Positions 9,778 through 22,662 of a stretch of 64,000 bases of DNA are shown here, piece after piece. The notes below the pieces were generated by a model. It was not told where the DNA came from and searched no databases. It saw only the letters and a list, made by a program, of their open reading frames with translations. Each line of letters begins with the position of its first letter. The first letter of the stretch is position 1. Both the position numbers and the translations under genes were made by a program. Origin of the DNA: Strigamia acuminata (taxonomy: Eukaryota); contig OX442314.1 in NCBI GenBank assembly GCA_949358305.1, positions 7,502,001 to 7,566,000 on the forward strand. The letters run 5' to 3'.

Positions 9778-11478
9778 TATGACGAACACGGTATTGTTTA
9801 TGCGATATCATGCCAAATCCCACCGATAGATGGCGCTGACGTCAATAAGCGGCAAATTCGAATAGAATTTGTCACTTGATGTAAAACCACATAAAATATA
9901 ACTTTTATGTGATTTTAAGACAGAGAATCGACTTTATCTTATATTTATGGAAATAAATACAGATATTATGTTGTTTTGTGGTAACTCTGCAAAGTTACCT
10001 CAAAAACTAGGTTTAGGGGATTAAATCTCCCCCTCGCACCTGCTCCAAGCGTGGACCCCCGCGGATCAAGTTGAAAGACTTAATCCAAAAGTGTTCCTCG
10101 CTATCCAGTTCCTGTCCCGACCTAGCAGAGAGCTATGGCCTGAGTATCCAGTTCCTGTTGACCACCTGGACTGGAAATGTGCTCTGAGTATCCCATCACC
10201 TGGACCAGTGATTGGGGGGATTTGCAGGACCATTGCTCTCATTGGAGCAATGGCCAAGCTATTGTTTTCCCCGAGTATATACTTCCTCGCAACAGGAAGT
10301 AGCTCGCTCTTGACCAGATATTTGACTATATGTTTTCTTGAGCCCATTCTACTACTCCGGTTGTCATGTTGATTGCGCAGACACTTGCTTGTCTGTTGAT
10401 TGCGCAGTCAATGCCCCTTATACTGCGGGCCTATGACAACCTACATACGGCGTACACTTGACGTGGAGATGGGTGATATGATGCCTCCATGTCCGGGTGC
10501 CCGATGACGGCTGTGTGGCCGTGAGGAGATCAGGTCGCGGCGATGAGTAGTAAGAATCCCGTCGGGCCGGATATAATTCAACAAGTGTTCCACAAGGCCT
10601 GCCAGTTACAGTAAACCACGGCTGCCGAACAGCGTGTCGAAAATGTAACATTAGGGTTGAAATAACTAAACTCGGAAAAGTTTAGTTAGATTAAATCCCC
10701 AGCTAGTTTATGTCACAACTCAACATTGTGCATAAACACGGATACTTCTTCCAGAACTGTACAAAACTGAAGACTAGCTACATTAGCATTTACTTGCCAG
10801 TAAATGTGTAGCTAAATTGCCAACTTTATGTAAGCAGAATTATTACGAGTATTTACTGAATAAGTAATACTCTAATAAATACATCCATTACACGGAACCA
10901 GAAGTTATGATTGTAAACTTGCAACAGTTTACTCTCGTATGAAGAACCATTTGACGTATCACACCAATTATAGATGTCTTAAAACATCTATAAGAGGTCA
11001 ATTGGTAAATGGCTCTCACAAGCCATTTAAACCAATAACCGCCCCAAGTTTGTGGCGATGCAGATACAGTCAACCGGAAGTCCTCGGATACTAACCCTTT
11101 CATTACAGATTCGAACCAGGACCAAATAATCAACCGATTCAGACGACATCTTACCAGGACGAAGCCGATTGATATTATTATAGCGCCGCACAGGCAACTA
11201 TATGTATAGTTTAATCGAGAATTCCTTTGGCCATTTGTCGGCATAGTTATTGTGTAACTATATTTTATGCAAATTGATTAATATAATCACTTTACGGTGA
11301 TTATATTTAGATATCAATAAATATGTTATGTCTTGATAACCGCATGTGTCATTATTTTACCCAGTTCACACTTTAGGTTTTGTCAATCCTATCTCTCAAC
11401 TACTGAATAGATAGACTAGCTTGTTATGCCAAAATACACATTTTGAGCGGATAGCGTCATCGAAAGGTCATCGTCACA
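9778..11478 (+). repeat. 3' LTR of gypsy copy 1 (about 1.7 kb)
   Basis: Follows the PPT; termini TATGACGA...TCGTCACA (5' edge could be TG at 9776); near-identical to 58660-60358 reverse complement. Confidence 0.93.
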
Positions 11479-11479
11479 A

Positions 11480-12586
11480 CGTAAAAAAATAAAAAATAAA
11501 AACCACTGTTTCACTTATCCCATGTTTTGCTTCATACCAGCATACGGGTATAGATTTTTTGAGCGAGATTTCAAAAACCTGATAAACCCATGCCCAACAG
11601 CGTGCAGTTAAAAGCGGGATAATACGGCCCAACGTCGGCATTTGTTCATGTTTCGTTTATTTTTTTATATTGTATTGACTGGGATATTCACGCTCGTGAA
11701 TATGTACGGTATAAACAAATTACCGCAATAATAACGTTGACGATGGCTCAACAATGAATCAATATGCTTTTTAAAACTGGGTTTGCTTGATAAACAACTG
11801 AAAGACGTAAAAATGATGTAATGTATAGTACTCACAAAAGTGGAAAAGAAACAGTTTCTTTACACGAAAACTCAAACGTTGCAAATAAATTTGAGAGACG
11901 TCTCGTCTGTTATAAATAATGATTTAGTTTCATAGCGTGCCAGAGAAAATTGATTGTAAAACTAATTATTAAAATGGAAAATAATTGTGACTGATATGGT
12001 CTTCGCTAGGGCAACTAGGGGACTAATTACACTGGTGTGGGACGCATACTCACGTAAATAACGGAAACTCCCACAATATTGGTTGGTTGACCTTTATTGC
12101 GTTGTCTAGGGGTATGGGGAATCCCGTTACCCGTTGTAGGGGTGCCACGAAGGCACGCCGCACCGGCAACCGGCCCGTCACACACTGGGCGTGAGCGCAA
12201 TGGGTAACGTGGTCGGTTCAACATTACATTCATGTCGTACGTACCTACGACCCGCAGTGGCCACTCATGGAGGCTGCACTATGGACTCCACCATAGTACT
12301 GAGCATCGCTGTGGTGAATGGGAAGGAATGCAGAGTCCTCACAGCCGGGACACGTCTTGTCCCCTCTAATGATTTAATTTCATAGTGTGGCAGAAAAAAT
12401 TGATTGTAAAACTAATTATCAAAATGGAAAATAATCATGTTCACTTTTAATGATATACGACGTTTCAAAACAACCTCAAATTCAATTAGGGTAAGTAGAC
12501 TTTACTATAGCAACCAAACAGAGAACAGTCGATTCTGAACTGAGCACAGGTAGACATCAAACAACTTTCCTTTATCATCTTCACAC
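11480..12586 (+). repeat. Duplicated segment including an inverted copy of the DEG/ENaC upstream region
   Basis: 11490-11990 matches 51960-52214 plus 55777-56010; 12370-12575 is the reverse complement of sequence upstream of the channel ATG (about 19630-19830 and 45930-46060). Confidence 0.7.
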
Positions 12587-12810
12587 TAGGGTTGTTAACG
12601 AGATTTTTTTCCTCAAAATTGCGCTGCGGTTTTTATAAAAAGCAGCAACACGATTAACTGCAAACCGCAAAAAACCTCAAATGTGCAAATTTTATTTTAT
12701 TAAAAAAAAATAAAATTAATTTTTATTTTTTCTTCTTGAATTTTGGGGTTTATAGGAGTTATTTTCTTGAAAAATTTTGGTTTTTGCGGCTATGTGGAAT
12801 TTTTGTTGGT
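12587..12810 (+). mobile_element. Left terminus of a hAT-like non-autonomous element
   Basis: Starts TAGGGTTGT, preceded by CTTCACAC; matching right end CAACCCTA followed by CTTCACAC at 35174-35189. Confidence 0.65.
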
Positions 12811-12899
12811 TTTAGATGGAGAAACGATTCATCGATTGTGTTGTTTTAATTTGTGTCACCTTTCATTTAATGTACAACTCCCGTCAGAGGGTCTCCACC

Positions 12900-14115
12900 G
12901 CTCGGGGGAGTGTCATTGTAATATCGTGAAACTCGAAACGTTGGCGTAACTTCTGGCCACGTTACGATAACGTGTGCGGTTCGTACGGTATCATCTGCGA
13001 ATAAACTTCTTCAAATCTAACTCGATCAATGGCAAACTTTTTCAACAATTAACAACAAAGGGTTATGGGCACCAGAAGTATCAGCTGTGTGAGTTTATAG
13101 TCTCTATTGAGTACTTTTCGGGCATTTTGACAATTTGACTGCTGACCGGACTATGTGGCACGAGGCCTAGCAAAATGGCGGATCGTGAATCAACGAGAAT
13201 AGAAAAGTTGGAAGACGACAATTACGCCACATGGGCATTAAAAATGCGGATTTTTCTCAAGTCGGAATTGTAGTGTACGATAGTGGTGGACGATGGACCA
13301 GCGGACGGAGCGGCGGCAGGGACGAGGAACCTTTGGCGTGGCAAAGACGACAAAGCCATTAACGCAATCATACAAGCTTTATCGCCGGCCTAGACTGTGT
13401 CCGTGATCAACAAGGACACGGCAGAAGCTGGAAGAAGTGCACCAAGGACGATCGACGCAGCGGCAAACCATTTGGCGGAGAGAGCTGACCAAGATGCGAT
13501 GGGAGAAAACGAAGACGGACACAAAGTTTCTGCAGCGCATGAAGTCGACGGTAAACCAGTTACCAGCGGTCAGAGGCGAAATTTTCTGAGCAAGAAGTTG
13601 GTGCCATGATCATTCAAAACCTGCCGAAAGCGTACTATAGCATTCCGAGAGCATTCGATATCTGCGACAATGATGCAGTGACAATGGTGAAGCTGCGCTA
13701 CATGATCCTGCAAGAAGAGTCGCGCCAGACGAGTGACGACGAAGTGCACGAACAGCTGCACAAAGTTAGTTTGTTGCACTGCACAAACCGCAACAATCGG
13801 GGCGGTGAACGCAACAGTGAAGGAAGCAGCGAGCAGAGCGGTGAACACAGACGAGATTTGAAGCACCTGAAGTGCTACAACTGCCAGAAGTTCGGGCACA
13901 TCGCGAGAAATTGTCTGAGCCAAGCGGGAACCAAAAACGAGCACGATGCAGACCACAACAAGCCAAAGCAGAACGCCAAGAAGGAGCAGCAGCCAGACGC
14001 AACCGTCAGGGCTGTGAAAACTGAAAATGAATTTGCATTTCAGACTAAAACTGAGGGACGAAATTGGAACCCCAATTTGGGCGCAATATGACATATTACA
14101 GGCAACCGGAGCTTT
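12900..14115 (+). mobile_element. Degenerate Ty1/copia fragment (LTR end, PBS, gag pseudogene, protease remnant)
   Basis: GGTTATGGGCACCAG at 13061, close to the copia half-tRNAiMet PBS; ATG at 13175 gives IEKLEDDNYATWALKM then stops/frameshifts; knuckle CYNCQKFGHIARNC. Confidence 0.85.
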
Positions 14116-14249
14116 CTGTTTTTACTTTTCGTCTTGCTGTTAGGTAAGGTTTGTCCAATTAAGCTAAAATTATCCGACATCAGAAATTGTTCATGGGAAC
14201 TAGAAAAAGAATGCACCTAAACAAATTCGTTTCCATCATTTTGAACATA

Positions 14250-14402
14250 CAGTCAAACATCGTTATAACGAACCATAATGTAACGAATGTCTTGTTGTAA
14301 CGAATACAGAGCTAAAAATAGCTTGGTTTATTGGTTGGCTTTAGAACACCATCTTAAAAAAAATTTGAATTAACAAACCTTCGTTATAATGAGGGTTGAC
14401 TG
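14250..14402. mobile_element. Tc1/mariner-superfamily (Tigger/pogo-like) MITE
   Basis: TA|CAGTCAAACATCGTTATAAC...GTTGACTG|TA; paralogous copy 30671-30818, partial copies near 34290-34378 and 38540. Confidence 0.75.
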
Positions 14403-15193
14403 TATTTAAATGACTGAAATTTTGAAAAGTTTTCCCAAATAACCGGGTCTATTCTGGCTGATACTTGTAATTATTTATTGCATTATTAATTCAAAAATAC
14501 ATTTAATATCACCTGTGTGTAATAACAAATCGCATTGTGTAGGAAAATACAATTGTATGTTTTTAAAAGCTTCATACGTTTGGTATTTTTAAGAACATTA
14601 ATATCTAACAAGAAGTAAATTATGAATTATGATCTACTGAAATAATCACAACATTGAGATATCAGCGTTTCATCATAATGTTGTATTTCAGTTAAAATGC
14701 AGCTTTAATATCTACTAGGTTATATTTCTAATCTAAAATACGTTTTTATTATTGGAACCAAAATACAAAATATGAGTGTATAAGGCATCAGAAGAATTAT
14801 TTTTATTTTTATGTAAATTTTAACTTGAATCACTCTACATTCACATCTGACTCCTAGGTGAGAATACAAAGTTTATTTCGAAGTGCAAAAGTAGCAAACT
14901 TACTGCAAATTAATGTTGTAAAAATGTTTGAACAAGTGCTTGTTGCATGTTATGAACGTTGCTAAGCAACTTTAACAATAATTTACAGTAGCGATATGAG
15001 TAAGAACAAAATTTCGCTGCATTAAACAGAAGCTTTGTGCAAAAATTAGTGCAACAATTTAATTTTGTAGCATTGTAAACTAGCCTTTAAATTAACAGCT
15101 GTAAACAATTAACAATACACTTAAACTTAGAACTAACATTAGAACAGGATTGAAAATTGTCTTGGTCATAGATAGATTTACCAAATTCATATT

Positions 15194-18100
15194 TTATTTC
15201 TTCTTTTGGAACCACACCGAAAAGCTCTTATTCTTAAACCAAGTAAAAGTGTTTAAAATGCAAATGTAGAAAGACAGCAAAGACATTCCTAAACCTAATC
15301 CTATGATGCTACCGACATCGCTTAGCAATTGAGATATCGGATATGCCTGTTGCTCTTCTACACTCTCTAAGAAAGTGTCAGGGAATTCAATAACCATTAA
15401 TGTGAAAAGAAAATCCAATAATTTAATCTCATTGCCATGCAAAACAATTTTGTAAAAACTATTTTCACAAGGAAGTCTGCATTTGCATTGTTTTTGATTT
15501 GAGTCAAAATTCTTTAAATATATTAAATGAGCGGTAGTAATTTCTGTCGTTGTGTTACAAACTGGCAAATCGGCTCTCCAGAAATAAGGTAATCTGAAAC
15601 ATTTACAAACAATTGTAGTACAGTATTTAACTTCACTGAAATGCATAGGAATTTTTTGAACGACGGGTGCATATCTATGTGTTGCAAACAGGACAAAATC
15701 ATAATTGAGATGTGTAGGAAGTGAAGTGTCTGGATTAGCATACCTGCAGTTAACGGTTTGAAACAGATTGTTTTGGATGCAAGCATTTTTACACTTGAGA
15801 TAAGCACTTTTGTTTTGCTCACATGGGTTTTGCTTTGTATTTCTTTGTATAGTCTGTTTTATAAAATCCAAATAAGTTAGAATGAAAGCGTGTAAGTATA
15901 GTTTGTTTAATCTATTACCTTAAGTGCTCGAAGTGTTACTATGTTCCACCAACCATACTTTAAAGTCATAGGTGCTAAGATGTTAACTTCTTCACGTGGA
16001 TTATTTAGGAAAACCTAAATGCCGTATTATTATTATTTCATAGTAATGAATATTTATCCATAATTGACAAAATGTTCTTTGACTAATCTTTGTATTTAAT
16101 TACTAAATTGGAGTGTTGAATGCAACAAATAATAAATAAATATTACCTTCAAATCCTGGTCACATGGTTTGTAGGGAAATTCATTATATAATGTAATAAA
16201 AAGGTAAGAATTTAGGTCTTTTGATATTTCTGCAAAACATTGCAAAGGATAGGAATTAAGCCCATTGGCCATTGTGTCTTTTTCTGTATCTTTTGCGCAC
16301 GTAGTTAAAGCGCGATTGCTCGATTTGGCCATCTCCCTCTAAGAGATCCCAACCAGTTTGACGCGGCATTGGTTTCTACGATAATCTGGTCGTTGACGAC
16401 AGCCATAACGGCACGTAACCTCGACTGGACTGTGGACACGCGCTGGGTTGGTACTGAACATATTTCCACCTGAGCCGAGCAAGGCATATGCCGCCCTTTT
16501 AAACAGTAAAAATATTTTTTGTTGAAAAAATCGGTTTGTGCGCCCACAGATGCCGTCCTAGAAATATGCCACCTGAGGCAACCGCCTCACCGCCTCACAC
16601 CTCGCACCAGCCCTGCAATTATTCTTGCTTTTTATAATTCCAAAGAACCCAAGCTTAATTCGTGAATGATCGAGCGAGGGGATACCTCGCCGCCACACTT
16701 CAGGCGGATTATCAAAAAATGAGCCATCGTTCAAACAAGGCTCTCCTCATTTTGTACCCGGCATGTCTTTCAAACGCGTTTACCATTTCTTATAAATTTA
16801 ATAAAAAAGCACATTATAATTACCTGTGTTAATTCGTGAACAATTACCAAAAGGAAGTGGAATAGGATGCATTGATATATTTAATTTAATTTTATATCCA
16901 TATAACATCTACAAAATTAATAATTTTCATTTCTGCGTTTGCTTTTGGAATAAAACATACTACTAGTACAGACATACCTCATTATCAATATCAATTGTGT
17001 TATGAACATTGAGTGTTTCCCAGATTTCTACAAGTGACAAGTCGTTATTGAACAATTGCCAAGGCGATATCTCACTGCAGGTTATGTTAGTGTGGTTCAG
17101 TAAATATGATCTGGCTTCGTCCATATCATCATTTTGGTTTTCAGCACAGAGGGTGACTGACGGAAATTTGGTATGACGACGTTGAACTATTCTAACCATT
17201 AATGTTACCGGTTCATCAATGTAGTAGTTGATACGAATTTGCAACCAATATAAAGTGAATCCCGCAGTCACAAATACCAGAACAAACTTAAGCTTTTTTA
17301 AGACACGAAATGTCATGGTTTTCTCTTCATTCTCGATGACTCTCATCTTGCATATCTCGTACAGAGCGCGAATCTTAACAACGGATGTTTTTTGGTGACT
17401 GTTAGTTGCAATATAATGTAAATACCCAGTGAGTTCAGGTAATGAAATTAATGCTAGACCGAGAAACAGGCCAAGATTGCCTCCTAAATCAGACAGAAGA
17501 GCAATTGCGTCGTACGTATATCGTTCTTCATACACGCTAATTTTGTCATTAGTAATTGCTAGAGATACTGATACAGTTTTTTTATCATCTGCTAGGCCTA
17601 TTTCAGTGGAAGGTGTAAAGGTTATTTGATGACATGGTCGTCGACAGAGACAAACATTAATGGGATTTGTGGTTTGAATCAACCGCTTTGCAGCAAAATG
17701 ATGCATGTGAATGTCCTTTGAACATTTGCAGAGTGGTAAATCGATCTTCATGAAGGGAAATCTTTAATGAAAGATTTGTAATCATTATTTTTTTTACGTT
17801 TTATCTGCACTAAGTGGGAGCGGAAAAGACGTAGAAAACGGAAATGATGTAGGGAACGGAAATGATTTATGGACAATTCAACCAGTTCTGCATCTCACTC
17901 TAAACGAAGTTGTACACCCAATGGCCAAAAGAGCAATTCATTTTTCTGCCGCCGGCAGCTGGAGCAGTCTGCTTTTACTGGATGTAACAGAAAGTTTACA
18001 TGTTACTAACACTGAGATTTTTAGTGAACTTAAAGCAATTACAGGATATTAAACGCCGGGGCATTTATTAATTTTTTCAACTGATTCCCGCCCCCCCCAT

Positions 18101-19529
18101 CCCCATGGTCGGATTCTATTCGGGGCGGCGCGCTGTGCAATAAATACCGCCGACTCCAGGCGTTTAAATGCGTCTCGGCATCTATTTAAACCCATCGTTT
18201 ATTCGAGGCAGTAGAGTCTTATATTATTTGAAGTCACAAAAATGCTCTGTAGTCTCATTTAAACTTTCTGTTGTCCCCCAAGAAAACTAGACTGATCCAT
18301 CTGAAAAATTAACTGCTCATTTGGAGCTGAAGCAGTGTGACTGCAAGTGAAGATTTTTATGGCCATAGGTGTACATTTTGCACATTAGGGACCTTGCTCC
18401 TTTGCAAATTTTTTCATCTTATACCTGCATGTTAGCTTCTCCTTAAATTTTTTCAATAGACACTTTCGATAGCATTCTCTGTATTCATCTTCACCGGAAC
18501 ATTTATTTATTGGTGAATTCAGAAAAATGAACTAAAATTATTGAATAAAATAAGGAGATCATAATAGTAATTGCGCAAGAAAAAAATTTTACTTTGTTAT
18601 AAGTTAAGTAAACTTTTGTTGTTCCACCGAGTTGTTGTGATCCCATGCCGAGGTTTTTTCCAAAATCATAGAAATGAAGAAAAACCTACAGGCAAAGAAA
18701 AGAAAAGTAGCCGACAATCATTTTTGCAATTTATTAAAATTACACTGTAAGGTGCTGCGGGGCACATGTAATCATCACTATTTCCTATTTTGACTGTTAC
18801 TTCTTGTCCGACAAATGATTCGCTAGATGCCTTAGCTAAATATCAATAAATAATACAGTGCATTGAAGTTGATAATGGAAAATATTCGATTTTACTTACG
18901 AAAATGAATTGATGAGCATATTCCAGCATGATTGCTCATTTCTGTCAGAACAAATGTTTTGTTTGAATTAGAATATCTCTATGCAAAATAAAAAGATTTA
19001 AATAATTTTTTAACTCATTAAAAATCACTTTATTCCATCTATTTACTTTTATCTTTACGGTCACTACTTCTTTCGTCAAATTACTCGCTTCCCAAATTTC
19101 TTCTAGATTGTAAGTTGGGATTGCCATCAGTGAAGTCACCATGCTCATGCAGCCGAAACCTGAATCTTTTGATTGTGCATTAGTTTGATTCCAAAGTCTG
19201 GCCATTTCTTTCGTATTGCCACTACATATCATCAAATTTGGTAGAACAACCTCTTCCGATCTACTTGTTACATCAACAGCCGTAGGATAACTTAGATAAT
19301 GCATTATCCTGTCATTAGTCTGATAAGTAAGCATGCACATGCAAAATGAGAACAATAGAACCCAAAACACGCGCTGGTGGCTCCCACGATGATTGGTATT
19401 GATAAAATCATCCAAGCCAATTAAGTTGCATCTAAGTTTATTTTCATCGTCCTTCAGTAATCGCTGAATCGCAAGACGTAGTTTTCGTAATCTTTGGCTG
19501 CTTATTTTGTTGAAATAATTATTCTGCAT
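15194..19529 (-). CDS. DEG/ENaC (pickpocket/ASIC-family) channel with two tandem subunit domains, copy A, about 797 aa; exons 19529-19065, 18978-18900, 18835-18744, 18685-18593, 18531-18425, 17761-16978, 16908-16824, 16229-16147, 16014-15919, 15853-15744, 15593-15194
   Basis: TM1 + YLSYP + LPNLMIC; GIC; Cys-rich thumb; TM2 LLSDLGGNLGLFLG; then second TM1 + YYIDEP + FPSVTLC, FGNC, thumb, TM2 LLSDVGSIIGLGLGMS; all introns GT-AG; exons sum to 2394 nt in frame; structure mirrored in copy C. Confidence 0.9.
17915..18371. mobile_element. TA-flanked MITE in intron 5 of copy A, containing a fragment of a second MITE
   Basis: TIRs CACCCAATGGCC / GGCCATAGGTG, same family as 24552-27121; internal about 18050-18215 resembles 22481-22648; absent from the short equivalent intron of copy C. 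Confidence 0.75.
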
Positions 19530-21484
19530 TGTATCCTACCTACTGTGTGTAGATTTTAAACTGATATATTGGAAACAATTTGTAATTATTGAAAATTGTG
19601 AGGTTTTACCTGCTTTTAGTCTTGTTAAGAAGATAAAGGAAAGTTAGATGGTGTTTGCCAGTGCTCAGTTCAGAATCGACTGTTCTTTATTTGGCGACTC
19701 TAATAACTTTTTCGTTCCTTGATCGAATTTGTGGTTGTCATAAATTATCATGTATCGTATAATAATTTACATGTTTACTTTTTCATTTTGATATTTTGTG
19801 TACAAACCTATTTACTCTGGCACGCTATCTAACCAAATCATTATCCAGAGACTAGATGTCTTTCCTGTTTAATGTATATAATTATGTTTAAGTTGTTGTG
19901 TAAAGAAACCATTTCTTCCACTGCCATCTGTGCCATAAAACGTCTCATTTCATTCTCTTTTTACTCGTTTATTACGCAAACTCAGCTGGCAAAAATAAAT
20001 TGACTCACTGTTAGACCATCGTCAACCTTATCATCAAAGTGCCACTTATCGACAGACTATCTTCACTTAAAGCCACAGTAAAATGTGCTGAATGATACAC
20101 TAGGCGCATTCAATTACTTTGGACCTAATATTTCGTCACACAATTTTTTAGACAAAATGACTTGTTTTCGAGTGAAATTGTTTGGTTAACGAATAAACTA
20201 GCATTACACCTTGGAAAAAAAATGGCCTTAAATGTCTTTTAATCGCTGAAAAGTTAATGTAAATTTGAACTTTTAGCTTTGTAAAGTCGCATGTACAAAG
20301 ATTGTAAAGTTTTGTTTTAATCAATAACTTTACATAAGTAAAAAGACAATTTACAATAAACACGCACAATAACTTTACTGTTTGTAAATTACAAATTTGT
20401 CAGCTTTAACAATAAATTTAATTTAATTTTAATCTTCTTAATTTTAACCCTTGGACGCATAAAGGTAAAATGTGTCGTTCTGGTATAAGCCATTACGGAT
20501 TTAGGGACAATTTTCAGGTCAATTCGTTGAAGCGCTGTTTAAGTTTTTTTGTAGTTCTTCACAAAATATATAGAGGGCGCAATATGTTAATGCAATAATA
20601 ATGAACTTTGAACCATCTGGTGATGGTTTTAAACACAATCAGTAAATGCAAAAAGGCTGTTAACTGAACCGCTCTTTACTAAAGCAGCAAAGTTTGTTTA
20701 AAAGTTTTGCTGGAGTTTTAAGAGACACCAATTTTGCAAGAAGAATAACTAATTAAATAAATAATGAATCAATACAAATTTAACCTGAGATTTACTTTAT
20801 TATCAGATAAACAGAGTCACAAATTTTCAGCAAAATGTGTTTCAACTTCCGGTTTGTGCAATTTTGTGTGTTTTTTCCAAAAATCAATTAACCATAAAAA
20901 AAAATTAAAATTTGGGCTTCGTCAAGCCCTAGATTCCACACATAGGTTATTCCACACATAATAAAAAAACTAAAAAAAAGACTCATTTTTAAGCGCTGTG
21001 TGGAGTGGAAGTACGAATTAAAATTCTGATTTACGGCAAACTGTAAGCAAACCCCTGGCGGAACCCATGTTCTTTAATGTTCGCCCGATACAAATTTTGA
21101 TGTTTGAGGCACTAAAAACGTATTTAAAAATTCTGAAACCACGCTCATTTGATTGGAAATAGCATTCTGCACAAGCCTGTATGTTACTCTTTTCGATTTG
21201 GTAAAAAAAGTACGTTTTTTTACAATCGTAGCGGGCGACCACATGGACAATTTAGTAAGAAATTTGAATTTGATCATAAAAACAAAAAATATGAAAAATG
21301 AACATTTTAAAAAATTAAAAATATGTTTCCTGTGCAGAATTTGCCGCTCTTTCAAATGGTGCTGATAACTTTTAAATCTGGGCTAAAAACGATTTGTCAT
21401 TTGACCAATTTTTAGTATGGATTCAAATTTCGCAGGGATATAGCATAAAAGCCTTTTTCAAAAACGTAGTTTTTTTATATACTT

Positions 21485-22380
21485 GTTCAACAATTAACAA
21501 CAAAGAGTTAAGGGCATCAGACGCATCAACTGTGTGAGTTTATAGTCGCTATTGAGTACTTTGCGGGCATTTTGATGAACTTTTGGCGTGGCAAAGACGA
21601 CAAAGCCATGAACGCGATCATACAAGCTTTAATCGCCGGCCCAGACTGTGTATGTGATCAACAAGGACACGGCAGAAGCTGGAAGAAGTGCACCAAAGAC
21701 GATCGAGGCAGCGGCAAACCATTTGTCGGAGAGAGCTGACCAAGATGTGATGGGAGAAAACGTAGACGGCCATAAAGTTTCTACAGCGCATGGAGTCGAC
21801 GGTAAACCAGTTGCAAGCGGTCGGAGGCGAAATTTCTGAACAAGAAGTAGACACCATGATCATTCAAAACCTGCCTAAAGCGTACTACAGCATTTTGAGG
21901 GCATTTGATATGTGCGACGATGATGCTGTGACGATGGTGAAGCTGCGCCACATGATCCTGCAAGAAGAGTTGCATCAGACGGGTGACGACAAGGTGCACG
22001 AAAAAATGCACAAAGTTAGTTTATCGCACCACACGAACGACAACAATCGGGGCGGTGAACGCAACAGTGAAGGAAGCAGCGAGCAGAGCGGTGAACGCAG
22101 ACGAGATTTGAAGCATGTGAAGTGCTACAACTTCCAGAAGTTCGGGCACATTGCGAGAAATTGTCGGAACTAAGCGGGAACCAAAAACGAGCACAATGTA
22201 GACCACAACAAGCCAAAGCAGAACGCCAAGAAGGAGCAGCAGCCAGACGCGACCGTCAGGGCTGAGAAAACTAAAAATAAATTTGCTTTTCAGACTAAAA
22301 CTGAGGGACTAGATGGGAACCTCGATTCATATGCGCAACACGACATATGACGGGCAACCGGGACTTTCTGTTTTTACTCT
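21485..22380 (+). mobile_element. Second copy of the degenerate copia gag fragment (part of a segmental duplication)
   Basis: High similarity to 13040-14140 with an internal deletion; same downstream flank (CATCAGAAATTGTTCATGGGAACTAG). Confidence 0.85.
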
Positions 22381-22480
22381 TCGTCCTGCTGTTATGTCCT
22401 GCTGTTAGGTAAGGTAAGGTAACATCAGAAATTGTTCATGGGAACTAGAAAAAGAGCCTTAGAGACTTAGAATGCACCTA

Positions 22481-22648
22481 CCGTACTGCCTCATTTAAAC
22501 GCTCAGGCGTTTAATTTTTTTTTGGGTCGATCTCCTCCCGGTAAAGTCGGTTCGGGGCGGCGCGCGGTGCAATAAACACCGCCGAAGCCCCGGCGTCTAT
22601 TCGGGCCTGGCGTTTGAATGAACCGAGCGTGTAAATGAGGCAGTACGG
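22481..22648. mobile_element. Tc1/mariner-type MITE
   Basis: TA|CCGTACTGCCTCATTTA...TAAATGAGGCAGTACGG|TA; empty site visible near 14218 in the paralogous segment. Confidence 0.85.
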
Positions 22649-22662
22649 TAAATGAATTCGTT

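Larger units (their letters stand above)
1..11478 (+). mobile_element. Ty3/gypsy LTR retrotransposon, copy 1 (5' LTR and gag start lie outside the window): gag, pol, ORF3, PPT, 3' LTR
   Basis: Gag with CCHC knuckle; pol in PR-RT-RNaseH-IN order; PPT AAGGGGGA at 9768-9775; LTR ending TCGTCACA at 11478; near-identical inverted copy at 58660-64000. Confidence 0.97.

Noticed and set aside
10066..11244. Short ORFs conserved in both gypsy LTRs (also 58893-60070)
   Set aside because: Conservation follows from LTR identity; no recognisable domains; not shared with the other LTR families
11990..12365. GC-richer insert ending GCCGGGACACGTCTTGT, possible Helitron 3' end
   Set aside because: No clear subterminal hairpin, 5' end or second copy to support it
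15594..15743. Track ORF 15194-15871 reads through this 150-nt segment as if coding
   Set aside because: Bounded by GT/AG; the equivalent intron is out of frame in copy B and holds a MITE in copy C, so the open frame is probably chance
16978..17761. Possibility that the double channel is two neighbouring genes wrongly merged
   Set aside because: Junction is in a single stop-free exon of identical length in two diverged paralogues, with no intergenic space
20444..20470. TTAA|CCCTTGG as a piggyBac terminus
   Set aside because: No matching opposite TIR or transposase found in the window
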